From Candidatus Levyibacteriota bacterium (GTDB lineage: Bacteria > Patescibacteriota > Microgenomatia > Levybacterales > UBA12049): DNA of 64,000 bases. How positions within the stretch are numbered: position 1 is the first letter of the stretch; each line of letters opens with the position of its first letter. The notes below the pieces were generated by a model that was not told where the DNA came from, searched no databases, and was given only the letters and a program-made list of their open reading frames with translations. The stretch spans positions 16,071-80,070 of the forward strand of contig JACPLG010000008.1 of NCBI GenBank assembly GCA_016186625.1. The letters run 5' to 3'. Below are positions 1 through 10,086 of this stretch, in pieces. A program made the translations under genes and the position numbers.

Positions 1-103
1 TCGGCTTGCCTGCATCAATTGCCGATCCTCATGAAAATTTCACAAGCTCCCCGCGCCTATTTTTACTATTTACTATTTACTATTTACTATTTACTATGAA
101 TAT

Positions 104-1777
104 GTGGGTAGTTTCTACATTGATTTAACTATTGTTATCAGCTTGGCTGCATTTACCACAATAGTTTTTAGGTTTTTAAAACAGCCTCCAATTCTTGCAT
201 ATATTTTAACAGGTGTGGTTTTGGGACCGCTTGCCCTAATTCACATCAACGACGCTGAGGCTATGAGATCGTTAGCGGAAATTGGAATAACTTTGCTTCT
301 TTTTATGCTGGGATTGGAGCTGCGGTTTTCGGAATTAAAATCTGTAGGAAAGATCTCTATCATTACAGGAATTGGGCAAATCGTTTTTACTACCATTATT
401 GGGTTTTTGATCGCAACTTTTCTTGGATTTTCCCAAATAGCATCATTTTACATTGCAATAGCTCTCACTTTTTCAAGCACAATTATTATAGTTAAGCTTT
501 TGTCGGACAAGAGGGACCTAAACAGCCTTTATGGAAAAATTTCAGTAGGGTTTTTACTTGTACAGGATTTCGTTGCCATAATTGCTCTTATTTTTCTTTC
601 CGGATTTAGCGCAGAAAGCAATGTTTCGTACAATGACTTTCTTATTATAATACTTAAGGCTGTGGTTCTTTTTGGATGGGTAATTCTCCTTTCAAAAAAA
701 TTACTGCCGTATCTCATAAATAAGATTGCCCATTCCTCAGAAACCCTCTTTTTATTCTCTCTTGCGTGGGCTTTTGGAATTGCGGCAGTTGTTAGCTCTC
801 CCTCAATCGGTTTCTCTATTGAAATTGGCGGATTTTTAGCAGGGCTTGCACTTGCAAATTCTTATGAAAGTTATCAAATTATCACTAAAATAAGACCTCT
901 AAGGGATTTTTTTATAACAATATTCTTCGTGACACTTGGGATGGGACTTCTCTTATCTGATTTTTCAACGATTCTTGTCCCAGGCATTATATTGTCTCTT
1001 TTCGTACTAATCGGAAACCCGATAATTGTAATGGTACTTATGGGATTTTTGGGCTATAAAAAAAGAACAGGTTTTCTTGCAGGGCTAACAGTTGCCCAGA
1101 TATCCGAATTTTCGCTAATCGTTATGTTTATGGGGAATAGGATTGGGCATGTTTCGGACCAACACGTGGCATTAATCACTTTTGTGGGAGCCGTAACATT
1201 TGTTATGTCAACATACATGATTCTTAACGGAAATCTGCTTTATAAAATTTTCTCACCATATCTAGATATTTTTGAACGAGAGGACGTTAGGGAGAAAAAC
1301 TTAAAAACTAAAGATTTTAAAAACCACGTCATTTTAGTCGGAGTAAGACGTATGGGGGAGGGAATACTTGAGGCGCTTCTTAAGAATAAAGAAGATTTCG
1401 TAGCGGTTGATTTTGACCCAGATGTTATTGAGAAGCTCAAAGAGAAGGGAATCGACTCATTCTTTGGAGATATTGCAGATTCAGAAATCCAGGAACTAGT
1501 ATCATTAGATAAGGCAAGACTTGTTATTTCTACGGTGTCAGACATTGAGGACAATCTTATTCTTCTTCAGAATATTAGAAAACTTACCAAAAAGCCAAAA
1601 ACAGTAATGCTTGCTCTTGAAAAGCATGAAGCGCAAGAACTCTATTCCCAAGGGGCTGACTATGTTGTTGTTCCTCATATTGCAGGCGGTCACCATCTGG
1701 CAAAGATTTTAGTTGATGAAGACCACATGGAACTAATTGAAAAATATGCAGCCAGGGAGAAAGAATACATAAATTAA
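104..1777 (+). CDS. Cation:proton antiporter (CPA2/Kef family) with C-terminal TrkA-N (KTN) domain
   Basis: Many TM helices; QPPILAYILTG, LFMLGLE, SSTIII, QISEFSL motifs; C-terminal VILVGVRRMG nucleotide-binding domain. Confidence 0.9.
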   Translation: MGSFYIDLTIVISLAAFTTIVFRFLKQPPILAYILTGVVLGPLALIHINDAEAMRSLAEIGITLLLFMLGLELRFSELKSVGKISIITGIGQIVFTTIIGFLIATFLGFSQIASFYIAIALTFSSTIIIVKLLSDKRDLNSLYGKISVGFLLVQDFVAIIALIFLSGFSAESNVSYNDFLIIILKAVVLFGWVILLSKKLLPYLINKIAHSSETLFLFSLAWAFGIAAVVSSPSIGFSIEIGGFLAGLALANSYESYQIITKIRPLRDFFITIFFVTLGMGLLLSDFSTILVPGIILSLFVLIGNPIIVMVLMGFLGYKKRTGFLAGLTVAQISEFSLIVMFMGNRIGHVSDQHVALITFVGAVTFVMSTYMILNGNLLYKIFSPYLDIFEREDVREKNLKTKDFKNHVILVGVRRMGEGILEALLKNKEDFVAVDFDPDVIEKLKEKGIDSFFGDIADSEIQELVSLDKARLVISTVSDIEDNLILLQNIRKLTKKPKTVMLALEKHEAQELYSQGADYVVVPHIAGGHHLAKILVDEDHMELIEKYAAREKEYIN

Positions 1778-1805
1778 TTAAAAATTAAAAGTTAAAAATT
1801 AAAAT

Positions 1806-2711
1806 TTATTGTTCGGTTGTTTTCAGTAGTTCTTGGGTTCGATTTACAACTTCGTCTAGCTCTCCATCGAGAATTGCCTCTAAATTGTGCCAGGATTTAT
1901 TAATCCTGTGATCCGTAAGTCTGTCCTGCGGGAAATTATAAGTTCTAATTTTCTCCGCTCTCATACCTCTTCCTACTTGAGTAGATTTTAGCGATGAGAT
2001 TTCTTTGTGTTGTTTCTCAACTTCCATTTCCCAGAGCTTGGCACGAAGCATATTCATTGCAATTTCTCTATTTTGCGCCTGAAATCTTTCGGTTTGAGCG
2101 GTAACAACAATACCGGTTGGAATATGCCTAAGACGCACTGCAGTTGAAACTTTATTTACATTTTGCCCTCCGTGCCCACCTGATCTAAAAGCCTCAAACT
2201 CAACATCGTCGGGCGCTATATGAAGATCAATATCCTCAAGCTCAGGAAGTACTGAGACTGTTGCGGTTGAAGTATGGACTCTCCCTCTTTTTTCTGTTTC
2301 TGGAATTCGTTGGACTCTATGTACGCCTGCTTCGTATTTGAAAATACCGAAAGGGTTTTTATTTTTTAGACTTCCTGAGATTCTCAAAACCCTCTCGTCA
2401 ACTTGTTCTGTTTTTAAGCCAACTTTTTCAGTGTAACGTTTGTACATCCTGAGTAAGTCCTCGGCCCAAAGCTTAGCTTCTTCTCCTCCTGCGGCGCCTG
2501 AAACTTGAAGAATAATGTTTCGTTCATCAAGAGAGGCTTCTTCAGTATTTTTTTCATTATTAAAATTACCCAATATCAACTCTTTTTGTTTATTTAACTC
2601 GGCAAGCTCAATCTCTGCCATTTCTTTGAGGTCCGGGTCCGTCAGAAGCTCTGAAGTCTGTTCAATTTTCCTATCAAGATCATCGATTAACGCTTTTCTG
2701 TAATTATCCAT
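1806..2711 (-). CDS. prfA: Peptide chain release factor 1 (short N-terminus)
   Basis: GGQ motif ([11 protein letters not shown]), PxT (RIPETE), [22 protein letters not shown]. Confidence 0.95.
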   Translation of the reverse strand: MDNYRKALIDDLDRKIEQTSELLTDPDLKEMAEIELAELNKQKELILGNFNNEKNTEEASLDERNIILQVSGAAGGEEAKLWAEDLLRMYKRYTEKVGLKTEQVDERVLRISGSLKNKNPFGIFKYEAGVHRVQRIPETEKRGRVHTSTATVSVLPELEDIDLHIAPDDVEFEAFRSGGHGGQNVNKVSTAVRLRHIPTGIVVTAQTERFQAQNREIAMNMLRAKLWEMEVEKQHKEISSLKSTQVGRGMRAEKIRTYNFPQDRLTDHRINKSWHNLEAILDGELDEVVNRTQELLKTTEQ

Positions 2712-2723
2712 GAGGAAGTCTAG

Positions 2724-3023
2724 CTAACTTACTTGCGAGAGCATTTCGCGGAGTGTTTTTGGAGCCTCTGAAAGCCCTGCCTCTTTTTCTTTTTTCTGTT
2801 TTTTTACAACCTGGTATTTCTTGGCAGCTTCCGTTCTGTTTTGGAATTTTTGAATTCGACTCGCAGAATCTACAAACTTTTGCTCACCAGTATAGAATGG
2901 GTGGCAGTTGCTACAAAGCTCCACGTGAATTACTTCTCGGGTTGAGCCGGTTGTAAATCTGTTTCCGCAGTTACAAATAACCTGAGCATTTTCAAAATAT
3001 TGTGGGTGAACTCCTTGTTTCAT
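2724..3023 (-). CDS. rpmE: 50S ribosomal protein L31 (Zn-binding type)
   Basis: [24 protein letters not shown]. Confidence 0.97.
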   Translation of the reverse strand: MKQGVHPQYFENAQVICNCGNRFTTGSTREVIHVELCSNCHPFYTGEQKFVDSASRIQKFQNRTEAAKKYQVVKKQKKEKEAGLSEAPKTLREMLSQVS

Positions 3024-3079
3024 ATTCTGATTATAGCTTAATCCGAGCCTAAAAACAAGGAGCGTGGTATAATTTTTGA

Positions 3080-3664
3080 GTGAACGAGCAGGACGTCATC
3101 GATTTAATCAGAAAAGATAAATGGATGATGGATGTTTTGAGGGCTGTAGAGAAATTAAATCTTCCTGACTGGTGGATTGGTGCAGGATTTGTCCGCTCAA
3201 AAGTTTGGGACTACTCTCACAAATATAAAAAAAGAACACCGCTTCCGGATGTTGATTTAATTTATTTTGATCCAAATGATTTTTCAGAAAAAGAAGCAAA
3301 TTCTTTTAGCACAAAGGCTGAGAATAGATTTCAAAAAATTTTAAATAAACAAAAAGAGCTTTGTGTAAAATGGTCAGTTACAAATCAAGCCAGAATGCAC
3401 CTTTATCATCACCGGCTGCCTTACAAAAACTCTCAGGAGGCGCTTTCAGAATGGGCAGAGACAGCAACCTGTATTGGAGTTCGATTAAAGAATGGGAAAC
3501 TAGAGCTTGCGGCCCCACATGGTATAGGAGATTTAGTGAATTTAAAAGTCAGACGAATTCCTAATTATAAAAACAAATATAGATTTGATCCAATGGTTTT
3601 TGAGAGACGAGTTAAAGAAAAGAGATGGCTTGAAAAATGGCCAAGGTTAAAGATTGCTTTTTAA
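3080..3664 (+). CDS. Nucleotidyltransferase family protein (DUF925/NTP_transf_6)
   Basis: [44 protein letters not shown]. Confidence 0.88.
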   Translation: MNEQDVIDLIRKDKWMMDVLRAVEKLNLPDWWIGAGFVRSKVWDYSHKYKKRTPLPDVDLIYFDPNDFSEKEANSFSTKAENRFQKILNKQKELCVKWSVTNQARMHLYHHRLPYKNSQEALSEWAETATCIGVRLKNGKLELAAPHGIGDLVNLKVRRIPNYKNKYRFDPMVFERRVKEKRWLEKWPRLKIAF

Positions 3665-4594
3665 TTTTTGCAGTGGGTGATAGGGAATTCTTCCCTCCGC
3701 TATGAAAATTCCAAAAAACACGAGTATTGTTGCTGCAATATAGACAGGAGTTATTGATTCGCCAAGAAGAGGGACTGCAACAACAATTGTTGCCACAGGA
3801 TCAACATAGCTAAAAATTCCAACCTCGGAGGCTTTAATATATTTGACTCCATAAGTCCATAAATAGTGAGCAAGAACTGCTGCAAAAATTACTCCATAAA
3901 AAAGGCCAATAAATCCTTGGATATTAATATCTTGAACAAAATTAAATGTTTGGGCTTCAATAAGTACCAAGGGAATAATTGGTATGACCCCTATTAAAAA
4001 CATCCAAAAAGTAATAGTTAAGGGATCATTATTGACAGTAATTTTTTTAAGAAGAAGAGCTTGAGCAACACTGCAGAGAGTTGCCCCAAAAATTAAAAAA
4101 TTCCCCAAAACTCCCCCTGTGAGCCCACCCGTTTCGATTATTGGTCTAAGAATAATTGCCAAAACACCAATAAGACTAATAAGTGTTCCTGCTAAAACTT
4201 TTAATCTTAGTTTTTCATTAAGAAAAATAATAGATGCAATAATAAGAATTATAGGGCCAGATGCTATGATAATTGGTGCATTAATACTAGGGGAGAGCTT
4301 AAGCCCAAAAAATATAAGAGGAATTTGAATTGTGACGCCAATTATTGAGACTAAGATTAATTTTGGAATATCAGTCTTCGTAATTTTTAGAGATTTAAAT
4401 ATGAATGGAAGAATAAGCAGTGCTCCTCCAAAAAATCTAATAAATACAAATGTAAAAGTAGGGATAACTTCAAGGGTCCATTTAAAAATAGGAAATGCCG
4501 CGCCCCAAATAATATTGGCAAGAATTAAGGCAAGAATTGAAAGCTGGATTTTACCTAAAGACCCAAACATAGTTTGAATGGTTGCATGGTTCAA
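3647..4594 (-). CDS. EamA/DMT family transporter (start may be further downstream)
   Basis: IIWGAAF, ~10 TM helices in two EamA repeats, LLGE motif. Confidence 0.88.
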   Translation of the reverse strand: MNHATIQTMFGSLGKIQLSILALILANIIWGAAFPIFKWTLEVIPTFTFVFIRFFGGALLILPFIFKSLKITKTDIPKLILVSIIGVTIQIPLIFFGLKLSPSINAPIIIASGPIILIIASIIFLNEKLRLKVLAGTLISLIGVLAIILRPIIETGGLTGGVLGNFLIFGATLCSVAQALLLKKITVNNDPLTITFWMFLIGVIPIIPLVLIEAQTFNFVQDINIQGFIGLFYGVIFAAVLAHYLWTYGVKYIKASEVGIFSYVDPVATIVVAVPLLGESITPVYIAATILVFFGIFIAEGRIPYHPLQKLKSNL

Positions 4595-4610
4595 TTGTTA
4601 GGCCAGTTAG

Positions 4611-5807
4611 CTATTTAACCATTTCAGCTATTTCATCTATTTCGCCCTTTTTTTGTTCTCCTGTTGTCATGTCTTTTAATTCTAGTTTATCACCCTTCAC
4701 AATTAAAACAAACGGGATTTTCCTTTTGTCAGCATATCGGAGCTGCCTGTCCAGCGGTTTTTCGTCAACAAAGAGTTCTACATTTAGATCTTTGGCTCTT
4801 AGTTCGATTGCAACTTGAGCCGATCGAGGACTGGTGTTTGTTACTAAGACTTTTGTACCACCTAGATTTTCTGGGAACAAATCTAGTTCTGCCATTGCCT
4901 CAATAACTCGATCAAATCCGAAAGAGAAGCCGACTGCAGGAATCTTGTTTCCTGAAAAAATTCCGATTAAATCATCATATCTTCCTCCGCCACCCAAAGA
5001 ACCGGCAGGATAATCCTCGCTTGCTATTTCGAAAATTAAACCAGTGTAGTAGTCCAATCCTCTTGCCAGTTTCGGATCGAACTCTAAATAATCTTCATTT
5101 ATACCAAACTTACTTATATAAGAAGCGACTTTAAAGAAAGATTCTGTTTTTTTCTGACTGTTAATCTTTTGTAAGACATTGTTGGCTGCTTTCATTCCCA
5201 TGACGGTAGAAAGCTCATCTAAAACTTTTTCTTCGCCAACTTTTTCAATTTTGTCAATAGCGCGAGCAATAACTTTTCCTTCCTTATCTGAAAATAAATT
5301 GGAAAACACTGACCGATCATTTATTTTTACATTAAAATTCTTGAATCCTAATTTTTCAAAAGACTTAACAGCAACTGCAATTATTTCTGCATCGGCAAGT
5401 AGGGAAGGGGAGCCGACGGTGTCGATATCAACTTGGAGGAATTCTCTGAAACGGCCTTTTTGAGTATTTTCTGCGCGGTAGACGTTTTGGATTTGATAGC
5501 GTTTGAAGGGAAGAGGGAGGTCGTTTGCATACTGGGCAACAACTCGGGCCAAAGGAACTGTTTGATCGTAGCGCATTGCAACTTTTCTTCCGCCATTATC
5601 GGTAAAGCGATACATTAATTTATCGCCTTCATCCCCATATTTCCCCGCGAGGATATCCTCGTATTCTAAAACAGGAGTTTCAAGTGGCTCAAAGCCATAG
5701 GACTCAAACACTTTTTTCAAAGTGTCCAAAACATAATTTCTTTTCCGCGCTTCTTTTGGTAAAAAATCACGAAAACCTTTTAGTGTTTTAGGTTGAATAG
5801 TTGACAT
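4611..5807 (-). CDS. hisS: Histidine--tRNA ligase
   Basis: KGFRDFLP, MRYDQTVPLAR, GRFREF, ARGLDYYTG, GGGRYD. Confidence 0.97.
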   Translation of the reverse strand: MSTIQPKTLKGFRDFLPKEARKRNYVLDTLKKVFESYGFEPLETPVLEYEDILAGKYGDEGDKLMYRFTDNGGRKVAMRYDQTVPLARVVAQYANDLPLPFKRYQIQNVYRAENTQKGRFREFLQVDIDTVGSPSLLADAEIIAVAVKSFEKLGFKNFNVKINDRSVFSNLFSDKEGKVIARAIDKIEKVGEEKVLDELSTVMGMKAANNVLQKINSQKKTESFFKVASYISKFGINEDYLEFDPKLARGLDYYTGLIFEIASEDYPAGSLGGGGRYDDLIGIFSGNKIPAVGFSFGFDRVIEAMAELDLFPENLGGTKVLVTNTSPRSAQVAIELRAKDLNVELFVDEKPLDRQLRYADKRKIPFVLIVKGDKLELKDMTTGEQKKGEIDEIAEMVK

Positions 5808-5872
5808 ATATCATCTTCTTTGTTATATTATATATAACGAACTTCCCCCCGAGCAATCGGGGGTGATTTTTA

Positions 5873-6409
5873 TTAGGCCTCTTTTTTTACTTCTTCCTTG
5901 ATTTTCTCCAAGGGTAAATACCTGCTCGCACATTTTATTAATTCTTGAGCTACGTGGCCGCGCGCAGATACAATAATTATCTTTTTTTGTTCGGATTTCA
6001 AATATTCTACCGCCGGTTCAAAATCACTATCTCCACTGGCCAAGACCGCGACATCAAACTCTTTTACTTTCAGAACAATATCAATTGCCAACTTTACGTC
6101 AAAATTTCCTTTATGAACTGTAGTTTTATTTCTTTTATCGTGAATAACTTTCACTTCACGAGTTATCACATCATAACCTATTTTCTTTAAGGCTTTGAAA
6201 AAATCCAGCTGCTTTTTATTAGTTGAGATAACTGCTGTGTAAAAATAAGCACCCGTTATTATGCCCTGATTGCCCCAGTAATCAAGAAATTTCTTATAAT
6301 CTAATCTCCAGCCAAGTGATTTTTGAGAATAGAAAATATTTGCCGCGTCAATAAAAATCGCTATCCTCTTTCTCCTCGTTCGTTTTTTAGTCTTCGTCGA
6401 ACTTCTCAT
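5873..6409 (-). CDS. NYN domain (LabA/DUF88, PIN-like) protein
   Basis: IFIDAANI, KGNFDVKLAID, LASGDSDFEP. Confidence 0.92.
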   Translation of the reverse strand: MRSSTKTKKRTRRKRIAIFIDAANIFYSQKSLGWRLDYKKFLDYWGNQGIITGAYFYTAVISTNKKQLDFFKALKKIGYDVITREVKVIHDKRNKTTVHKGNFDVKLAIDIVLKVKEFDVAVLASGDSDFEPAVEYLKSEQKKIIIVSARGHVAQELIKCASRYLPLEKIKEEVKKEA

Positions 6410-6459
6410 CTTGGCAAAAAGTCTCGAAAACCTTTTAGTGTTTTTGGCTCAATTTTCAT
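6406..6459 (-). pseudogene. Duplicated, truncated 5' fragment of hisS (MKIEPKTLKGFRDFLPR*)
   Basis: Matches the hisS N-terminus; 20-bp identical core at 6425-6444 and 5770-5789; its TGA overlaps the NYN ATG. Confidence 0.85.
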
Positions 6460-6489
6460 ATTCTTAATCATAGCATATATTTTTTGCAC

Positions 6490-6513
6490 AAAAAAAACCG
6501 CCTTGCGGCGGTT
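6490..6513 (-). terminator. Rho-independent terminator
   Basis: AACCGCC-GCAA-GGCGGTT hairpin followed by a T-run on the minus strand. Confidence 0.8.
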
Positions 6514-6537
6514 GCTTACTTGTTTGAAAGCTAAATA

Positions 6538-6606
6538 CTAAGCACAAGAATCACATCCGCCTTTGAGACGAACATGATACCAATATGTTGAAATTAAAGT
6601 TTTCAT
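6538..6606 (-). CDS. 22-aa small ORF, possible leader peptide (MKTLISTYWYHVRLKGGCDSCA)
   Basis: Preceded by TTGACA-17-GATAAT (6613-6641) at leaderless spacing and followed by a terminator. Confidence 0.5.
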   Translation of the reverse strand: MKTLISTYWYHVRLKGGCDSCA

Positions 6607-6695
6607 TCGCTTATTATCTCAAAAGCCTCAGCTTTTGTCAAAAATTTTGAGAATTATATTGGTTTAGCTTGCTAAATACAAATTTCCAAACAAAA

Positions 6696-6992
6696 TTAAT
6701 ATATCCAGAATATCGTAACCTCAGAACTCTCTGATGGATTTGGCGTTGGACGGCTTGCCCGTTGACGATTCAAATCCTCCCACTCAGCAAGAGCCCAAGC
6801 CGACAAAATAAGAGATAATCCCAATACTACAGTAGCTGCAGCAATTTCCCTTCGAGATGGATTTGGATTTACGAATGTTAATTTTTCTTCCCCTATTTTC
6901 TGAGAACCCGTTCCGATCTCTCCAGATATGTCAACAATTTGCTCTATTACTTCATTATTAATTCGTTCTGTTCCTGATGACATTATTCCCAC
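6696..6992 (-). CDS. Hypothetical single-TM protein
   Basis: ORF overlapping the racemase stop; one hydrophobic helix. Confidence 0.5.
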   Translation of the reverse strand: MGIMSSGTERINNEVIEQIVDISGEIGTGSQKIGEEKLTFVNPNPSRREIAAATVVLGLSLILSAWALAEWEDLNRQRASRPTPNPSESSEVTIFWIY

Positions 6993-7674
6993 CTCCTTTC
7001 AAAATCTCTCTAACAGTAGCTTCTTCAAGGATTTGAGTTGTGTCTAAAACTCTTAGTTTGCTGTGTTTCTGAATAAGAAGCTGTAGATCAGTACATGCAA
7101 GTAATATGAAATCTGAAGGAAGCTTTTTTATGATTTTCTCCAAATCTTTTTTATCCTTTCGACCATGTGTTCTTTGAAGAATTCTGTTTATTATTTCCCC
7201 AATCTTATCTTGATCTTTCTTATCTGGGGTTCTTACTTTAATCCCAATTTCTTTAAGCTTAGAATCAAAAAGCTTATTTTTAATGGTGAAAGGCGTAGCC
7301 AAAAGACCAACATTTTTTGCCCTTTTCCTTTTAAGAAACATAACAGTTTCCTCAACAATACTTAAAACGGGAATATTAACGGCTTTTCTTATCTCATCAA
7401 TAAAAATATGCACGCTATTGCATGGGATAACTATAAAATCCGCTCCTCCTTTCTCTAAAACCTTAGCTGATTCAATAAGCCAGGAAAGGTATTTTTCCTT
7501 TCCTTTTGAATGCTTTATGAACTTTTCCTCTACTTCAAGCTCAACGGGAACATTTGTTATTAAGATTGATGGTCTACTTTTTTTATTTATTTTTGCACAC
7601 GATGATATAACTTCCATGTAGAAGTTAGCAGTAGTTTCTGGACCAAGCCCTCCAATAATTCCAAGCGTTTTCAT
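6958..7674 (-). CDS. Aspartate/glutamate racemase family protein
   Basis: MKTLGIIGGLGPETT, IVIPCNSVH, ILLACTDL (two catalytic Cys). Confidence 0.92.
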   Translation of the reverse strand: MKTLGIIGGLGPETTANFYMEVISSCAKINKKSRPSILITNVPVELEVEEKFIKHSKGKEKYLSWLIESAKVLEKGGADFIVIPCNSVHIFIDEIRKAVNIPVLSIVEETVMFLKRKRAKNVGLLATPFTIKNKLFDSKLKEIGIKVRTPDKKDQDKIGEIINRILQRTHGRKDKKDLEKIIKKLPSDFILLACTDLQLLIQKHSKLRVLDTTQILEEATVREILKGGGNNVIRNRTN

Positions 7675-7675
7675 A

Positions 7676-8616
7676 TTATTTAGCTCTTCCATCAAGTAAA
7701 GATCCGAAAGTAACTTCTGAAAGCACGCCTGAATCTTCTGCTAGAAGTAACATTAATCTTTCCAGATCTCTTCTGGCCCTTTTTAAATTCTCATCAGTAA
7801 AAGAATCTGCTCCTTTCCGCCTTGCATCCAGATCTACTAGCAGCTCTCTACACATAATTCCCAGACTTTGATCAAGAGTCGGTTCTTGAACTTCTCCCGC
7901 TGGCACATATTGATAAATAAATTGGCTTGAGCACTTACTGTCGCTAAGCCCGATCCGCCATCTAAAGCTTCTTTAACTAAGCCTCTCACAGCTGAAAATT
8001 TTCTTTCAGAAGGAGGCATGGAATTTATTACAACTTCTGGAGGAGTTGTTAGAAATATAGAAGGATGATGTAAATCTGACCATCCAAAAGGATGATGTGC
8101 TGCATAAATCAGCGCATTTCTGGCTCCTTCCTCTCCGCCTCTTCGTCTTCCGCTTCCCGTTAATTTTTTTAATAGTTCCGGGTTGCAGTGGTCTGAAATT
8201 AAGCCAGATATTCCAGATAGAATTTCTAGAGCCTCATCTGTTATCTGCCCATCATCCTCAACAAAAAATGGAATTTCCGGAAAATGATTTTTAGCAAATA
8301 AGGCTAGGATTTCGCTTCCCCTAGTTATCTGCCATTGTGAGGCTTCCTCAGAAACCCCGTTTATATGTCGACTTATATTGATTGGTCTGAAAATTCTTAC
8401 AGTAGGAACTATAGCTCCTTCGGTTCTTTCTGCTATTAATTTAGCCAGCGAAAAAGTTGAAATGAAACCACTCAAAAATCGGGCAGGAAGTTGCCCTTCT
8501 TTATTTATTCCAAATACATTACTTACCCATAGCTCCTGGGTAGAATCTGGAATAACAATTTTCTCAGGATTTTTAAAATCCAAAAGTTCTGACTGTTCAA
8601 TTTCAATATCTCTCAT
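7676..8616 (-). CDS. Hypothetical protein downstream of T-box, apparently frameshifted near 7906 (ORFs 7837-8616 and 7676-7906)
   Basis: GGAGG SD before ATG 8616; two overlapping ORFs fill the gap exactly up to the racemase start. Confidence 0.6.
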
Positions 8617-8630
8617 ATATTTCCTCCAAC

Positions 8631-8945
8631 AAAAAACCTCGCCCCAATCCCGATTTAATCGGGACAAGGGCGAGGATTCTCGCGGTACCACCTTGTTTTA
8701 CTAATTTGCCACTAAAAAATCCCCGTCGGGGGATTATTACTTGATAGCTAAAATAGCCTTATTCAAGTGCTCCGTTTCCGACACACTCTTTCTGCTGTAA
8801 CGGGCTTACCCGTAAACCTTAATTGTCTCCTTTAGGGTTTCAGCTCCGGAGGGTAATTCAAAGTTTTAAGTTCGGGGAGTCTTTCATCAGCCGCTCCCTT
8901 TCTTTTGTCACCTTAAAACTTCTACTGCGTCTCCATCAAAGCCTT
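8631..8945 (-). promoter_or_regulatory. T-box riboswitch leader with terminator
   Basis: AACAAGGTGGTACCGCG T-box (8681-8697); stem I elements (GATG..AGTA..AGAAAG..GCTGATGAAAG..GAA); CCCGTTA stem II-like motif; terminator CCTCGCCC..GGGGCGAGG-TTTTTT; TTGACA-17-TATTAT promoter at 8965-8993. Confidence 0.9.
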
Positions 8946-9074
8946 TTGTTAAATTGTTAAAGTTATAATACCACATCATTTGACTCTTGTCAAACTATGA
9001 GCCTAGCAGTTTTGTTAGCCTCATTAATCCCTATGTGTCTACCTAACACGATCCTGGTGTGTGAGCTTGGTTAT

Positions 9075-10079
9075 TTAGGACTCGCGTTCTTTGAAGTAAT
9101 GATTATAGTATTCGCGGCCTACTATTAGAATAACACTTACCACCGGGATTGCAAAGACAGCTCCTGTTGCTCCTGCAACTTTAATCCCAATCAAAAGAGA
9201 AAGTATGACTATTACTGGATTTAGGTCAAAAGCCTTGCCAATGATTTTTGGCCCTGTTACGTTAAAGATAAATTGTTGAATGACAAAAATAATTAAAAAT
9301 ATAATGATTGCCTGGTCTGGCTTATCGATGAGAGATACAAGAAGGGGAGGTAGCACCCCAATAATAGGCCCAATGACTGGAACTGCGGTTAGAATTCCGG
9401 CAATGATAGAAGTTGACGCCGCAAATGAAACTCCAAAAATTGTCAAGACTACCCAGGTAATTACGCCCCCAACAACACCCCACAAAACCTGGATTCTTAC
9501 AAATGACGCAAATGATTGATCAATCACTTTTTGGACAAAAGCAATATCATCATGATACTTTTTGGGGGTTAGGGCAAAAATTCTTCTGTTTAAATTTTGC
9601 TTATCCAAAACCAGATAAAAAGATAAAACAAGAACTATTACTAGATTCACAACAAATGCGGTGATAGAAGGAACAATATTTGTATAATTGCCAAGTGAAT
9701 TTATAAAGCTGTCCACTCCTCTTTGTAAGAGGGCAGGTGAAGACTGCATAAATGCCGGGACTACTTTTTGCAGTGTTTTAAATTGAGAGATAATATCTGG
9801 TATAAAAATAAGAAATGCAAGAATGATAAAAATCGCACTAAGAACAAATACCAAAATAGTTGAAATTACGCGGGGGATCTTTAAGTAATTAGTAAAAACA
9901 TCAACAAAAGGCTCCAGAATAAAACTAACCAGCCAGCCGAAAAATAAAATTAAAATAATGTCAGAGAAGTTTCTTAAAAATTCTAGAAAAAACTGAAGAA
10001 GGTAAATCCCAACCGCAATTATTGCCAGAGTTGTTAAAAGCTTAAGTGAAGAAAGCTCTTTTTTTATCTCATCAAACAT
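9075..10079 (-). CDS. AI-2E family transporter
   Basis: SFILEPFV, VPVIGP, PKIIGKAFDLNP, GAVFAIPV. Confidence 0.9.
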   Translation of the reverse strand: MFDEIKKELSSLKLLTTLAIIAVGIYLLQFFLEFLRNFSDIILILFFGWLVSFILEPFVDVFTNYLKIPRVISTILVFVLSAIFIILAFLIFIPDIISQFKTLQKVVPAFMQSSPALLQRGVDSFINSLGNYTNIVPSITAFVVNLVIVLVLSFYLVLDKQNLNRRIFALTPKKYHDDIAFVQKVIDQSFASFVRIQVLWGVVGGVITWVVLTIFGVSFAASTSIIAGILTAVPVIGPIIGVLPPLLVSLIDKPDQAIIIFLIIFVIQQFIFNVTGPKIIGKAFDLNPVIVILSLLIGIKVAGATGAVFAIPVVSVILIVGREYYNHYFKERES

Positions 10080-10086
10080 AAAGTTT

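Noticed and set aside
1806-2711. Truncated RF1 as a pseudogene
   Set aside because: All catalytic motifs are intact and the ORF is tightly packed after rpmE; treated as a compact variant.
8617-8691. N-terminal extension of ORF 7837-8691
   Set aside because: It is the T-box antiterminator/terminator; the SD-supported start is 8616.
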